Notes under the pieces: generated by a model
Databases searched by the model: none
Told to the model about the DNA's origin: nothing
Seen by the model: the letters and a program-made list of their open reading frames with translations, nothing else
Program-made: the position numbers and the translations under genes
In this document: one piece after another, positions 61,365 to 64,000 of the stretch
How positions within the stretch are numbered: the first letter of the stretch is position 1
Layout of the letters: the number at the start of each line of letters is the position of its first letter
Assembly (NCBI RefSeq): GCF_004010195.1
Contig: NC_057756.1
Span: 4,433,936-4,497,935, forward strand
Reading direction: 5' to 3'
Source: Chiloscyllium plagiosum
Taxonomy: Eukaryota
Length of the DNA stretch: 64,000 bases

Positions 61365-62580
61365 AAAGCCAGTCTTCCTCCAATTTGCCCACTTAGCAAA
61401 CGTTGTTTTGCGAGCAGCAAAGGCATTAGACTATGTCTTTCTCGTCTAGGTCTCTTCCATTCTCCCAGTTCCTCGGACTCTATTGTATCTGTCCTGATGA
61501 TGTGAACTTTGACAAGGGAGCATCGGAAATGCCGACATTCTTCCTCATTAAGGACTTATCACCATCATAATTGATAGGGTCCTCAGGCGGCTCTGAATCA
61601 TCTCTCACACTTCAGCCCTCAAGCACCTTTTACCTCCCAAAACACCAAAAGTGCTACCCATGTCCTCATATACCATCCAACCGACATCAACATTCAGAAA
61701 ATCAGTAGCCAATATTTTCACTAGCTGCAGCCAGATGACACAAAAAAATCATGCATTCACCTCCTCTCGCCAGTTAGACTTCCACAAGGACCTTTCCTTC
61801 AGGTGCCGCCTGGTCCATCCCTCCTTCACTCACAACAATCCCTAGACATACAACTGTTGAAGATATTGTACCTGACCATTTACTTACTCCCTCCACAATA
61901 TCCAAGGGCCCAATCACATCTTCCAGGTGAAACATCACTTTATCTGCATATCATGGAATCAATATACTGCATGCACTGCTTACAATGTGGTCTCCTCTAC
62001 ATTGGAGAAATAAAACACACATTGAGTGACTACTTCACAGAACACCTGCTTTTGGTCCACAAAACAGATCCCAAGATTCCAATGTCTGCCACTTCAACGC
62101 ATTGCTTTGTTCTCTGGAGAAAATATCTGTCTCAAGCTTGCTGCAGTTGTCCAGCGAAGCTCAGCACAAGCTGGAAGAATAAGACATCATTCTCCATTTG
62201 GTAACACTACAGCTTTCCAGTTTCAATATCGAGCTTAACAATTTTTGGGCATGAGGTAACTTCTCCAATGTCTTTACCCCAATCCCCACACACCAGGCAT
62301 TGCTATCACAAGGTCAGCTAATTCACCCCAATCATGATTATGCAGTAATAGTCACCATTATCAGACATTCAGCCTCCTTTGCTAGCTATTATCCATCCGT
62401 TTGTCTGGCTTACTTTTCATCTCTTGCTTTGGGCTCCAACTCCACCTATCACAAAAATTCCCCTCACCCTGTTGCCTGCATAAAAAAAAACAACGTTTTC
62501 CTCTCTGCCATCATGTCTGCAGAGGGGGTCACTGGGCCTGAAATGTTAACTCTCATTTCTTTTCACATTTGCTGCTAGGC
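61365..62580 (+). mobile_element. Penelope-like element 3' half (RT C-terminus plus GIY-YIG endonuclease)
   Basis: PFSQFL....ICPDD at ~61460; IYCMHCLQCGLLYIGEIKHTLSDYFTEHL at ~61960-62050; degenerate hammerhead-like end at ~62517-62545. Confidence 0.88.
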
Positions 62581-63884
62581 CTACTCCTTAACGTAGCCTA
62601 TATTCTCAAAAGGGCAAACTATTGACCTTAACTTCCAGAATTTGATACAATCCCGTCCTTGCATCTGTGTGAAAATACAAATATTTGTTCATGGTGTAGA
62701 ATTCAATTGATGCCAATATGCTGCAAAATCATTGTTGTTGTTGTTGCTGTTGATTTGTTGACAGAGACAGAACTAAAGGAAAAGTCAACGCGTAAGAGGA
62801 ATTCTTGTTCACTTTTAACCATTTGAAACAATGTAACAACAACAAATCATGCCTAACCGTAACTGAAATATGTGGGATGTCAGAAGTTCACAGTCCTCGG
62901 TTTGCCTACATTTTCACAACCATGATAACACGCTTGCTAATTAATGCTGGGCAGGAATAAAAATCATGTTATCCATCAAATCCCTTACAAGTAACATGGT
63001 ACCGAGGTTATCTTTCCGTTTTTCTTCCAACGGTGCATTGTACAACGACACAAAGCAATGCCATTTCACGGAGTGAAGGAGAAACAGAATAAATAGTGCA
63101 ATACTGAGGCAAGGATACAGTTGTATTTTTCCCAATCTTTCAATCGACTGACAGCAATTCAGTAGACGGTATACCAACATCACAACATCAGAACTCCGGT
63201 ATCTGGAGTCCACACTCTCTCCTCAGAACATGAAATGACGAGTTCTACTTTTGTATTCCTCACAGTTCTCCACTGTTCAGAAAGGTGGTATAGATTTATT
63301 CCCTCAACTCTAGCTCTCATGCTTCCAGCACATTTCCTTTCATCTTTGCCCAAATATATAATAATTCTTTGGATGACTGCTTAAAAATGGTCCCTGTGTA
63401 CTATATGAAGATTCCCAAACAGGGATAAAATTATTTCGACACATTGCAGTCTACTATTCTATGATTTTAAACAAAGAATTATGTTTTCTCAGCATCTGGC
63501 ATATGCAGTCATTTAAAACTTTTTACATTTCCTTAAGACCTATCATGAGGCTAAGATGGAGGGAACTTAATTGAAGTCAATACAATCTCATTTCATCGGC
63601 AGAAGCATTTCGAATGCTTTCATGAAATGGTCTTTTTGCATAATGTGACGTCGATTCCATTTGTTAATTAACAGAATACATCCGTGTCTCACCGTGCTTC
63701 TCATATCTAATTCTTCTCAAAGACCATAGGATTTCATAAACACTAATTAAATTAACTCTTTTCAACTAAACTATAGTGAACAAATAAAGAGCTTGCTGCA
63801 AGTTAAATTATAAGAACACTGTTCCATTCAATTTATTAGTTGAGTTAAGTTTACTCAAGCTGTTTTCCACAAAATATGCAAATC

Positions 63885-64000
63885 TGTCATGCAACAGGCC
63901 ACATCTCCCAAAGTAGTTCAACAAAGTAGACTACGCATAAGTTTTTTTTCTTATTTGCAAGGCTGGTGTGAACTGGATATTCCGAGTGTGATGTAGCTGG
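63885..64000 (-). mobile_element. Partial LTR running off the window end
   Basis: TGTCATG...TTCAACAAAGTA...TGGATATTCC aligns with 53263-53375. Confidence 0.7.

Overview
This is eukaryotic, repeat-rich genomic DNA. The HE1-type SINE, CR1/HER1-type LINEs, Penelope terminal repeats and Gmr1-like Gypsy elements point to a cartilaginous fish (shark); that is an inference. Positions 1-9476 hold two tandem-repeat blocks: a 19-bp satellite and a ~35-45-bp pyrimidine-rich minisatellite. All long ORFs there are artefacts. The rest is AT-rich intron-like DNA packed with decayed, often nested retroelements. The main non-repeat signal is invisible in the ORF track: a dispersed array of at least 11 plus-strand micro-exons (21, 27 or 36 nt) between 10856 and 57855. 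Each has AG/GT splice sites, is phase 1-1, starts with A and ends with G. Spliced in order they give a stop-free 109-aa heptad coiled-coil peptide with a 21-aa (36+27 nt) module. This resembles the micro-exon-encoded tails of butyrophilin/BG/MOG-type genes, but no Ig, transmembrane or B30.2 exon was seen, so the gene is unidentified. Also present are two palindromic Penelope-type insertions carrying minimal hammerhead ribozyme cores, and a full-length but decayed Gmr1-type provirus (PR-IN-RT-RH order, SCAN-like gag). Repeat boundaries are approximate and everything was read by eye.
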